A stretch of 64,000 bases of DNA from Mizuhopecten yessoensis (taxonomy: Eukaryota). The position numbers and the translations under genes were made by a program. The stretch is taken from the NCBI RefSeq assembly GCF_002113885.1, contig NW_018480037.1, forward strand, positions 186,001-250,000, written 5' to 3'. This document shows, in pieces, positions 52,201 to 64,000 of the stretch (within the stretch, counting starts at the first letter, position 1; every line of letters begins with the position of its first letter). A model generated the notes under the pieces. The model was given only the letters and a program-made list of their open reading frames with translations. It was not told where the DNA came from and searched no databases.

Positions 52201-54170
52201 TCACCTAAACATAAAGGTACTATAACCAAATAAACTCATTATCACCTAAACATAAAGGTACTATAACCAAATAAACTCACTGTCGTATAAACATAAAAGT
52301 ACTATCACCAAATAAACTCACTGTCGGATAAACATAAACGAACTATCACCAAATAAACTCACTGTCGGATAAACATAAACGAACTATCACCAAATAAACT
52401 CACTGTCAGCTTAACATAAACGTACTATAACCAAATAAACTCACTGTCGGGTAAACATAAAGGTACTATCACCAAATAAACTCACTGTCGGATAAACATA
52501 AACGAACTATCACCAAATAAACTCACTGTCGGCGAAACATAAACGTACTATTACCAAATAAACTCACTGTCGGATAAACATAAACGTACTATCACCAAAT
52601 AAACTCACTGTCAGCTTAACATAGACGTACTATAACCAAATAAACTCATTATCACCTAAACATAAAGGTACTATAACCAAATAAACTCACTGTCGGCTAA
52701 ACATAAACGTACTATAACCAAATAAACTCACTGTCGGCTAACTATAAAGGTACTATAACCAAATAAACTCACTGTCGGATAAACATAAACGTACTATCAC
52801 CAAATAAACTCACTGTCAGCTAAATATAAAGGTACTACAACCAATAAACTCACTGTCGGCTAAACATAAAGGTACTATTTCCAAATAAACTCACTATCGG
52901 CTAAACATAAAAGTACTATAACCAAATAAACTCAGTGTCGGCTTAACACAAACGTACTATAACCAAATAAACTCACTGTCGGCTTAACACAAACGTACTA
53001 TAACCAAATAAACTCACTGTCGGCTAACTATAAAGGTACTATAACCAAATAAACTCACTGTCGGCGAAACATAAACGTACTATTACCAAATAAACTCACT
53101 GTCGGCTAAACATAAAGGTACTATAACCAAATAAACTCACTGTCGGCTTAACATAAAGGTAATATAACCAAATAAACTCTCTGTCGGCTAACCATAAACG
53201 TATTATAACCATATAAACGCACTGTCAGCTAAACATAAAGGTACTTTAACCAAATAAACTCACTGTCGGCTAAACATAAACGTACTATAACCAAATAAAC
53301 TCACTGTCAGCTTAACATAAACGTACTATAACCAAATAAACTCACTGTCGGCTAACCATAAAGGTACTATAACCAAATAAACTCACTGTCAGATAAACAT
53401 AAACGTACTATCACCAAATAAACTCACTGTCGGCTAACCATAAACGTACTATAACCAAATAAACTCATTATCATCTAAACATAAAGGTACTATAACCAAA
53501 TAAACTCACTGTCAGCTTAACATAAACGTACTATAACCAAATAAACTCACTGTCGGCTAAACATAAAGGTACTATAACCAAATAAACTCACTGTCGGCGA
53601 AACATAAACGTACTATTACCAAATAAACTCACTGTCGGCTAAACATAAAGGTACGTACTATAACCAAATAAACTCACTGTCAGCTAAACATAAAGGTACT
53701 TTAACCATATAAACTCACTGTCAGCTAAATATAAAGGCAGTGTAACTCAATAATCTCACTATCATCTTAACATAAAGGTACTATAACCAAATAAACTCAA
53801 TGTCAGCTAACCATAAAGGTACATTAACCATATAAACTCGCTGTCAGCTAAACATAAAAGTCCTATAACCAAATAAACTCACTATCATCTAATCATAAAC
53901 GTACTATAACCTAATAACCTCACTATCATCTAAACATAAACGTACTTTAACCTTATAAACTCACTATCATCTAAACATAAACGTACTTTAACCTTATAAA
54001 CTCACTATCATCTAAACATAAACGTACTATGACCCTGTCGGCTAAACATAAAGGCACTATATTAAAATAAACTTTCTGTCGGCTAAACATATAGGTACAA
54101 TAACCAAATAAACTCACCGCCAGCTTAAAATAACGATAGCAAGACTTGTAAACACGTACAGAGTTTTCAT
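49232..54170 (-). pseudogene. Gene C: decayed paralogue of the secreted FDP-motif family
   Basis: Exon 1 54118-54170 encodes MKTLYVFTSLAIVILSW|GTGAGT (signal-like). Exon 2 49522-49716 begins PFDPDALNQ, then carries Gly/Ser-rich text with frameshifts and TAA/TAA/TAG stops. Exon 3 49232-49376 contains MQVGSFDPNSMLAGSCDPNA. Good acceptors (TTTTCAG, TTTCTTAG). Confidence 0.65.
50135..54130. repeat. 41-bp minisatellite, ~97 copies (~4 kb)
   Basis: Consensus AAATAAACTCACTGTCGGCTAAACATAAAGGTACTATAACC, head to tail with no unique spacers. Confidence 0.97.
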
Positions 54171-55621
54171 CACGTAAGCCTGGTAGTTAATGACAAGACT
54201 GATACGTCGCTTATATTCATTGTCAATATTGGAATATGGGTCATGACTCTGTTTTCATTCTGGTCAACCTGCAGACTTTAAAGACTCCCGAAGACCAGAA
54301 CAACCATCTTCCATTTATTGAATACATACCATCTATGTTTTCTGCGTAAACATAGCTAACGAAGGCAATGGTGTTACAGTTTGGTGCCACCGAAAAAAAA
54401 CATATTACACTGAATGGTCTTGCTGTCTTGATTTTTTTTAAGGAGGACGTTTTATTTTTGATTGATATATTTCAAAAAGCTTTCATCAAGCATCATGAAA
54501 TTATTACTTATCCATCAACACAAAACTTCAGAAAGTGCCGGTCGGTAATAACATGACGAAAGTAGACTGTGGTCCTATAAATCAATGTTAAAAGTACAGG
54601 TAAAGTAACTTAATTTAATATTGACATGACATGAAGAGTCCAGATAAAAAGAATCTAAAAACGAAGAAACGAGAAAAAGAGATCTCAGGGGTCAAAATCG
54701 GGGCAGCAAACAAAGCTTTGAATCCTAAATGTAAGCGGTAAGAGGACACAGAAGTTAGCGTTCTATTCGTATGCGTGGGTAGGGGCTTTCGTTAGTTGCC
54801 TCACTCTATCATGCAGTTGTATAACGCAAGCCATTTTTTTCAATGTTTCCGAACCTACAAATCTGCTGTCATTTAGAAAGAAAAAAAAATAGATATTGAT
54901 ATTTTATTATAATAATCATGTTATTGCTAGAGGTAGGCAAATTATTCCAATAATCCAAAGACTTTGAAAAACGTTGTAATAACTTAAAAATTGCATTTCT
55001 TTAAACATTGTTCTTTTAATCAATGTACTAGATACGAGTACCAGTCACACATTGTCGATATATTTTATTCTACATTGAGGTATTCTGATATTTTAGGAAC
55101 ATAGAATAATAGGCTTGCACCCAAACAGACTTTAAATATTCCGTATTGAGTGTAGGTAAAGTGTCTTTTATAACACTTTGTATCTGTTTGGTTAACCATT
55201 ACATACTTAATAATATTTCCTAATAAAGTTGAATGGAATATTAAGATAATGAAGCATACTCCATTATACACTCCCATTATCTATGATTAATCAAACATCA
55301 GTTATATAATCCTGTTCTTGTATAAATTTGACTTTGCTTACAATGGTATGGAACATATAAGTTGCAGCAGGATTATACTAATTATATTCTGGTCTGTCCT
55401 ATTCATCCATGAAAATACAACCTCCAAATCAATGTAAACAAGCAAATTCGTGGAATTTATATCCCCCGCTTGCAGGTCATATTGTAGGTTAACATTATTG
55501 AGGTTAAGTTTAAACATGCGAGTATCGTGCTGTTGAGACATAATGTATAGCTTGAAACTCGAAGAAAGAAAAAAGTCTTATACAGAGGTTACACTTTTTA
55601 TTGAACATGTAGGTATATAAT

Positions 55622-56001
55622 AACGTTTTTCGTTATTCAAGGGCCATAACTCCGCTAAATAAGGTCATCGAACCCAGTCGAGCCCTTAAGGCATTTAACC
55701 CTGGTATCAAGTTTGAAGAAAATCGGTTAACATTTGTTGCAGTTATTGCACGGAAACAGCAGATAATAGCGTTTTTCGTTATTCAAGGGGCCATAACTCC
55801 GCCAAATAAAGTCCACTGAAAGTGGTCATTGAACTTGGCCGAACCCTTAAGGCATTTAACCCACTTACCAAGTTTGAAGAAAATCGGTTAATATTTGTTC
55901 CAGTTATTGCATGGAAACGAAGCAGACAGACAGGCAGACAGACAGACAGATGGTCAAACCCAAATTAATATCCTCCATTTCGGCGAAAGCAGGGGATAAC
56001 A
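55622..56001 (+). mobile_element. 3' part of a second HINE-like element
   Basis: Two ~146-bp tandem units (CGTTATTCAAGGG..CCATAACTCC), a (GACA)n microsatellite, and a terminal hairpin ATCCTCC...TTTCGGCGAAAG...GGGGATAA. Confidence 0.55.
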
Positions 56002-57309
56002 ACACATATATGCCGGTAGCCTGTTCAGAGACAATAGAGGAGCCGTTTATATTCAATATGTATGTTATTTTTTAAACACTTGTGACAATTGTGTACTAAT
56101 CATATCGAATTCTCACTCTTCCATGTCATCTGGACAATGATATAAGCATTGCATTACAGGGAACCACCTCCCCGACATCCAGGGTAAAAAAAAATATTTA
56201 ACACTTAATAAGTCTCAAAAACTCTGGAAAACCTGGTGATGTCCTAGATCATCCATGTTTCACTAAACAAAAGTTGTAGAAATAAAAAATAGAAAAAATA
56301 AAAAAAATAAAAATTGACAGTTGACTGTGCTGTGTCAGGCTAGAATGCCTCGCCACCCTATTCGAACCAACCACGTTTACATCCGCCCTGCCACACGTAA
56401 ATCTCGTCCAGCTAACTTCTCACCGACCGAGCCATGTACTATGCATACCCACTTTCACCTGTATAATTCGCTATGAATATTCATTACTCTCAAGTCTCAC
56501 GCCTGTCTGAAACCTATAATTATTAGGAAATGAAACATACAAACAATTATTAACTGCTATACTACGTAACGCAGCAAAATTTGATTCTATTGGCGTCAGT
56601 CATTTATCATACGTAACAACGACGGCGACCCATGTGAAAGATGATTGCACCATTAAAGTCGGGTAATAGTAGTAGATACAGTATGCCAAATATGAATCAC
56701 ACTGCACCATACAGCTGTTTCGTCCTTCTAGGACTTATCAGTGATGCTATGGGCCTAAAATTTCGAAATCCAGACTGGTCTAAACTACGGTTCAAACCAA
56801 TGGGCAGGTGACAACGACAAAACAGGAAACCAGAAATACAATAACATATAAGCAAAATAAACCATATGCATAATTTAATTCAGATGAAATTTGCAATAAA
56901 ACACTTCCCACAGCTAATACACATTGATAAATTGATGCACTGAATGGATTAAATATATCCTGACACTCCGTCCATCAGGCTTATATCAGAGATTGTAAAC
57001 ATTTGTAAGGAAGTAAGGCATTTCTTCCTTAACTGAAGTTACAGTACCTACAGACAATTATTATATTGCCAATCCTGCCTGTGTGTTTAGCGATACTAGC
57101 CACACAGCTGCTTCCTCGGGTTAGTGACGTGACTGAAGAGGGGGAAATGACGATAAACTTATCAGACTACCCGATAACGTCACCGGACATCACGGTAGGA
57201 TGGCCATGTTATTGCATTACTATTATTATTACTGGATTGTAGACAAGAGAAAAATATTCACGTACACAGACCATGCATTAATTGATTGATTCGTTAGTAC
57301 AGGACGAGG

Positions 57310-60300
57310 ATGACAGGCACCATGACTTTGGCCGCTATTGTTTTGATAATAATGTGGATCTCCGGTAAGTAAAGTAGCATATGCTCCCGCGAAAAGAACA
57401 AAATTTAACATTATTAGTAATTTACAAGGTTAGTTCATTCTTATTCCTATAGAGATCCAAAATTGTTATCCCATTTGATAAAATATCATATATTGCATGT
57501 ATTAGATTCAGTTTTAAATACAGAAAAAATAATTTATATTTTCCGTAAAGAAGGAAGTGAACGCATGTTGCACATTGGCAAAGATATTATAACCACGGTT
57601 AATAGTTTTGTTATCTTAAACACTCCAACTCTGACTTGTTTACCGTTAAACTTGAGACCATGGTGGATTTAAACGTTTTACAGATTACATTTTACATTAA
57701 TCTTTACACATTTCATTTACCAAATTCTACACATATGCTTGCCCTCAATACAGGAGGTTATACATTTTAGCATTATTAAGAGATTGAAATATTCAGACAA
57801 AGGATTCATGAATGTTTACATGGCTTTTCTGTCAGTTGTGCAATTTAAACCATCATTGAACGATGATTAAATGAAAAGAACATAAAGCAATATAATAAAA
57901 ATACATGTTGTTTAAGTAGATATTCATTCTAATAATAACGAAACAGGATTTAACTAATTTAGAAAATAATCATGACCGATTTATGACAATCTAGTGTCTT
58001 ATAATAAATTGTAACTCTGAATCTGAGTATACAGATTATATGGTATATGTTTTATTTTTGATGTCGTAGGTGTTTTGTTCTAATGTGTTTATATATTGGA
58101 GTTATCTCCCATTGTCAATTATTTACTAAATACTAAAACCGAACACGTTTTGTTAGCATAATGCCATCTCTATCACATCATTATCTAGCTGATCAATTTG
58201 TTATTATGATCAATAAACATTGAGTTATCACTTTACTTATCCAGGTAGCAGCTCCATCACACTACCCGGTCTTGACGTCAGCACAAGTATAGATGACCCT
58301 GCCCCGTTCCATCTACCACCATATCTCAATCCTGTAAACAAGGGTATCGACGGCACGACAACTCAACCCACTACTCGCTCGCCGCCCGCACAACCACCCG
58401 CCTCTCACAGCAACACCGCCGGACAAAATGGTAACAAGTTCTCAAACTATCTCATACAAACTCTTACTCACATGGACGCCAACTCTCTAAAGACGCTATC
58501 TCAAATTATCAACCTGGAACTGAATAAACAGTCACCGTCGGGTCAGATTCAAGGCCAAACCCAAAGCCAGACAGATACCCAAGGTCTCATCCAAGGTCAA
58601 ATACCCTTGAAAACGAATATTGGTCAGCGTCCCCATATAGTTGATGGGAGTTTCACTGGAACATCAGATAGCCAACATCAACATGCAACAATAACAGGAA
58701 GTCCCAAAATACAGCAGGAAGGCCAAGGTCATTCTCAATACAACAACCTATCAAAAAAGCCACCTTCAACTGGTTTCAACAGTGGGCAGACACTGATTTC
58801 CCCACAACAACAGTCTATTGGATCCTCCACAAACCAGCAATCTCAAACGGTATCTTCACTTGGTAAAACGCAATTAAACCCTGGGTACATGAGTGCTTCT
58901 GGAATTGCAGATACCAATGGCCACAGGGACCAGAATAGTCCTAACACAATGTTTCATAATGCAGAGGTCGGTAGTAGACCATTAGCCAGTGAAGTGGAAA
59001 CATCATTTGATCCGAACAAGCTGATGGCATCGATAGAAGCAGAAACGTCACAATATAACCCAAATGCCTTTCTGACAAAGCAGATCTATATCACTGCAAA
59101 CCAATGGAATGCAAATCAGAACCAAGTCCCACAGCAAACACAACAAACCAGTCCAGTTCAGACTGATGAGACAGACGTACAAGAAAATAACAAGCCGAGC
59201 ATTATGGGGACCTCACAGTTAAACTTCAAGCCTGATTCGATGATGGCAGCACTAGGAATGAAAGGTCATGTATTCACCTTTGATCCTGACAAGATCAACT
59301 CCTATGGCAGTAGTGGATTCCAACCTGGTATGTATCCACCGTCTTTTGGCAACAAGGAAATTCCAAAGAATATGTTCAATGCGGATACAGTCAACAAAGA
59401 TCTAATGACTTACAGCGGACAGTCAAAACAGCAGCTTAATCAGGAGGAGAAAGTCGTCCACCATTCTGCCTACAATCCAGACATATTTAATCATCCGGCT
59501 GTAAAAACCGTGCCAAGCACCTACTTACAATTCATGGGAAATGAAGGTAGGGTAACTGTTAACCCATATGACAAACCATTAGCAAAACCCGTACCCACAC
59601 CATCACAAGCACGTCTTCGACAACAGTTCAGAAACAATTTCCATCAAGACAGCCGTTATGCTAACAATGTCCAACAGACACACGCACAGCCACTGTCACC
59701 GATCAGTGGCAAAGACAACACGTTTTCTATAACCAGAACGTACCAGGCAGCATTTAACCCTGACCGGATCAATGCTGCTCAACGCCAGTTTGATCCGGAC
59801 TCGCTCATTAAATCTCTGTTTATTGGGGAAGACAGTCAAGCATTACCTGATCCATTCGAGACAAAATTCCTGAGAAAATCATCTCGTAATGAAAATGGAA
59901 CAGAGGTCGTAGAAGCAAATATTTCTAGGCCACATACACCCAGTCCAAAGTCCAAAGATTCACAACAATCCACCACATTATCCAGTACAATAACACCCAC
60001 TGACCAACCAGAGACGACTATTGGTTCTACCGTGAGTGTGAATCCGCCGAGGGTTGAGGGACCCTTGTTTAATCCCGACAACGTCAATGCAGGTATCGCA
60101 CAAATGATGAACTTTAGTCCCGGATCTCTGATGATGGGATATAACCAGGTACCGGCGGCAGCCCAAACCAACACTTTTCTAAAGGCTGAATATAACCCTA
60201 ATCAGGTTAATCAAATGGGGAAGTTTCAATCCGGATTGTCTCCTATGATGTCTGCACTGACAGGAGGGATTGGCGGGACTGGTAACACTGGGTCACAGGC

Positions 60301-61405
60301 TGGATCTCAGCCAAGTTACGACATGTCTGGAAGTATGACAGCCATGTTTAATCCAGCCGAAGTGAACAAGGCAAAGATGAGCTTCGATATATACAAACAG
60401 ATGGGTTTCAATGAAAACTCGGGTAACGCGATGTTTGACCCAATGAAGGTCAATGTTCTTGCAACTCAGAAATCCAATCAGTCGACTGAAGCGACCAACG
60501 AAAACAATGGCGGCTTTCTCAGCACCGGTGGAATGAGTATGATGGATAATTCAGCTTTCACAGGGAATTTTGACCCAAATCAAGTCAATCAGGTATCTAT
60601 TACAGCCATGCAAGATAACAAGCAGCAAAACAATTCATCAAACACCTCCAACATGGATTACATGTCGGCATTTTTGGGAATGGGTAGTTTAGGAAGTACT
60701 GGGGGTTCAGCGTTTGGCGGAAGTTTTAATCCATCGGAAGTAAACACTGCTGCTTTTAATCCAAATGATGTTAACAATGTAAAAATGAACTTTGATCCGT
60801 CTAATATGCTTGATCGTAATCCAGGCTATGATTTGGACAAGGCGACTCAAACGAATTTCGATCCAACAAAAATCAATGATGTCCACATGAACTTCGAGCC
60901 GCCTTTCATTCCTGTGGATAAAAACAAGAACGATAACTCCACAACTACTAGTTCATTTAGTCAGTACAATTCCGAATTCACTCCGGGGCAGCTTTTTCCA
61001 AATGGTAAAGCTATGGTGTTTAATCCTACTTCGGTAAATCAGGCAAAAATGCACTTTAGCGCCGTAGACATGCTCAACTCCAAGGGTGTTGATGGTTCTA
61101 ATACGTTGCAGGACAACACGCTCTTTAGTCCGCAACTGCCAAATAAGAACTCAAACATTGGGATGCCTGTGTTCGATCCGGTAGCAGTCAACAATATGCA
61201 ACTTAACTTCGTTCCAAACTCAGGAATGAGTATTTATCAATCTTCATCGATAGATACTTCTTCAGGACAAGAACATAAGCCGAGTACCGCATCAATGTCC
61301 TCTCTCACCACTCCATCCACGATAACTAGCCAGACAACACTCACCACGACGCCTAGTCCGAGTTCCTCCCCAAACCCTACCGAAGAAAATCATATTAAAC
61401 ATTAA
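57310..61405 (+). CDS. Gene D: secreted Gln/Asn/Ser/Thr/Met-rich protein with 17 [FY][DN]P repeats, ~1071 aa
   Basis: Exon 1 57310-57364 encodes MTGTMTLAAIVLIIMWIS + G|GTAAGT. Exon 2 58245-61405 follows CTTTACTTATCCAG and joins in frame (G-SSSITLPG...) to the 1061-codon ORF. Confidence 0.9.
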
Positions 61406-62091
61406 TACTGAAGTGTCCATATCGATCTTCTTTTCTTTTATATTTTAGTGTTTTCGAATAAGAATTTAATTGATACAAAATACTAAATATGTCAAACTTT
61501 ACTGTTCATGCGAAATAATTCTTACATCAGTAAGAATGGTGTGGAATGATGTATAAGACGTCATGATGATTTATGTATATTTGATAACATAAACAGGGTG
61601 AACATCTACAGTTGTCATGCGAACCTGATATATTTGGGGAGTTCGTGATTTCTTCATTTTGTCGACTCCTCAATTCCTGTTATTGGAATTTAAGTTAATC
61701 GTTTTATTATTTAATTATTTTGCATTGACGATAGGGTACTATTTTGTTGAACTATGGGATAAATTAAGACATTATGACAGTGTCTTGGACCGTTATTGAC
61801 CAACACAATTTCCTGGATTTGACACGAGATAACGAATGAAAGTTCTTGATGTTTTCAAAATAGGTATTGAATTCCGATATTCTCATAGTATGTTGACGCT
61901 CCGGTATATAAATTTTGTTCCATTTACTAAAAACTAAATATAATATGAAAGAAAATGTATAATATTTGATGATGAACATGAATATTAGCAAGGCTGTGGA
62001 CAAAGTATTACAACCTATACAAAGATCAAACAGGGCATGGGTACGTCACTTCAGGTCAATGCGATCATAAACATACTAACATATCTCAACT

Positions 62092-62145
62092 CACACACAC
62101 ACACACACACACACACCTACACACCTACACACACCTACACACACA
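62092..62145. repeat. (CA)n / CACACCTA microsatellite
   Basis: Directly visible. Confidence 0.9.
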
Positions 62146-63067
62146 AATATCTAGTGTCCACTAACAGCAACCATTATGCTGAGCAAGTAAACGTTTATTT
62201 GGTCACGAAAATGTGAAGAATTTATTATTATTATAACCTGAAAATGATGAAGCACTTTATATAGCAAAAATTAGCCACTTTGCGGCGCTTTACAATGTAA
62301 TCAATTGAAACAATCAATGGTAAATGAGGATATCGTAGGAGCAGATAGGACGTGCTTACAACTGGTCACAAGCCACCAGACTTACACCCCCACATGTGTA
62401 TCTGCTGAAGGAGTTTATGGTCTGTAGCGTGGTTGGACCATGCTTCCAACGATGTTTTTTTCCATAATGCCACCTCACTCAAAGTTACAACGCAAAGAAT
62501 GTAACACCTTCCAGACAATTGTACAACGACTTGAGGGATTGAAACCCGACCGTCCTCAAAAAAGGCCGGGAATAGACCATTCAGCCATAGGCGCCCTATA
62601 CAAAGTATATGCTACGTATTCTAAGTTTTATAACACATATATTACTAAACAAAAAGAGGTACACTTATATCTTAACGTCGTGTACACACGCAAACCTCAC
62701 GATCATTGAGTCTGAACGCTTTGTTCAGCAAAATAGTGTTTCTATTGTCATTGAAAAGAATAAAGAGAAAATTCGAACGAGGTATTCCTTTATTGTGTTT
62801 AGTTTAAACTTGTCACTTGCTATTATTTAATCAAAATAATGTATTTTCACTCGGCTTAACCAAGTGCCCTGGGGGTGTAAGCCATATGTGACTCAGACAG
62901 GATATCTCCAATCACCACATATAAGGCACTCGTCACGATGTCTACCATTACCACATGTGGCTCTTGTCACGATTTCTACCGTCACATCCGGGAAAAAATA
63001 GATTATTATTAGTGTGTCTTTAATTATAGAAAACAATTGAAATTACATAATTACATATCAAGACATC

Positions 63068-63524
63068 ATGTATTGTAGGCAAATATTTCAATTTAATGTT
63101 TTAATCCTTCTTCAGTTTTGTTTGACCGTTTCCATAGCTACAAGTCTGAAAGGACCACTTTCTACAGTAAATGTGCGACACCTGTCACGAACAGAGTGGG
63201 ATGTTATCGTTGGGCTGACCACTTCCAAGGTCGACAGATGGTCATTTGCTATATGTAGGTATTCGTGTAGATTTCAAAGAAAGTAACGGTCAATATGGTC
63301 AGTCCAATTATCCTTCACCCTTTGATAACAAACAATGGTGTCATGACTAAGATAATTGTGACATCCACGTGCCCCCTTTTATCACCTGTAAGAATTTTGT
63401 CTCCGTCATGTCGTTGTAACAAAGATCTCAATAGATTAGCACAAACTTTCGATCATTATGAAGTGGTTGCCACTTGTTTTCGTTGTGACCCTCCTTCATG
63501 GAGGATTGGGGAGGAACCTTGCAG
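63068..63524 (+). other. Possible first exon of a further secreted Cys-containing protein, interrupted by a frameshift
   Basis: ORF 63068-63286 starts with hydrophobic MYCRQIFQFNVLILLQFCLTVSIA. A second-frame ORF 63295-63524 is Cys-rich and ends at a strong donor CAG|GTAAGG. Confidence 0.3.
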
Positions 63525-64000
63525 GTAAGGCTAACCTCTAAAGTATTGTTATTGGAGCAAACTTGTCGATGGCAATTTGATTTAATACAATATATAATGT
63601 CTTTCTTAAAGGGTTCCACATTTAACGTAATATTTATGATGGAAACTGTAAAATTTGTTAGTTAATTAATGAACAGAAAATGAAACAGACATTAAAAAAT
63701 ACATGTATCGGTAACATTCAGAGGTAATTGTGAATTATAAAATATGACAATTAAATCAGTTTTTATGTTAATTACTTCTAGATCGAAACACATATAATAT
63801 GTTCTATCCTTACATTCAAATTGACTAGAAATGAAGAATAATATAGGGAATTGGTTTCCTGTTTCAGTAAAATCAAAATACGTAAAATAATTATTTTTCG
63901 TCGAATAGTTCTAGACATGGCTTCCTCAAAAACAGATCATGTTTAACCCGAGGGGGGTAAGATTGTTGAGGTTTACAATATAGTATATCTTTTTCAAACA

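Noticed and set aside
50135-54117. Array of functional 6-nt microexons (TTTAG|CCGACA|GTGAGT) or recursive splice sites
   Set aside because: The implied introns would be only 35 nt, and AG and GT overlap (CAGTGAG) rather than forming AG|GT. Not supportable without transcript data.
50135-54130. CRISPR array
   Set aside because: Head-to-tail 41-bp units without unique spacers, eukaryotic context, no cas genes.
29568-57290. Shared TAATTGATT upstream of genes A and D
   Set aside because: An AT-rich 9-mer expected several times by chance in this window, and at inconsistent distances from the starts.
25806-61405. FDP/DPF motifs as clathrin-adaptor binding sites functionally linked to neighbouring AP4S1, or as neuropeptide repeats
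   Set aside because: The proteins have signal peptides (lumenal or extracellular), the motif order is F-D-P rather than DPF/NPF, and the repeats are not flanked by dibasic or amidation sites.

Overview
AT-rich eukaryotic (animal) genomic DNA. The repeat families and gene style suggest a mollusc, probably a bivalve (inference only). The left third holds the 5' ten coding exons of a striatin gene (STRN3-like, minus strand; the WD40 part lies off the left edge). It is head-to-head with a complete AP-4 sigma subunit gene (AP4S1-like, 141 aa) that has a 12-nt microexon followed by a U12-type minor-spliceosome intron. The right 60% is a lineage-specific region holding a cluster of secreted, low-complexity protein genes that the ORF track only partly shows. 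Each intact gene has a short signal-peptide exon, a phase-1 intron and one large exon: gene A (604 aa, S/G/M/Q-rich, minus), gene B (349 aa, plus) and gene D (1071 aa, plus). A decayed paralogue C (minus) lies between B and D. A, C and D share a repeated [FY][DN]Pxx[VIL]N motif. Intron 1 of C is largely a ~4 kb array of ~97 x 41-bp units, each a copy of the exon-1/5' splice-site junction. An intronless orphan ORF (497 aa) with a C-terminal PP1-type KVTF motif lies within the cluster. The window also contains several non-autonomous DNA elements (Helentron/HINE-like, piggyBac-like, hAT-like, a palindromic MITE), minisatellites and one 194-N assembly gap. All gene models were assembled by eye; no database searches were run.
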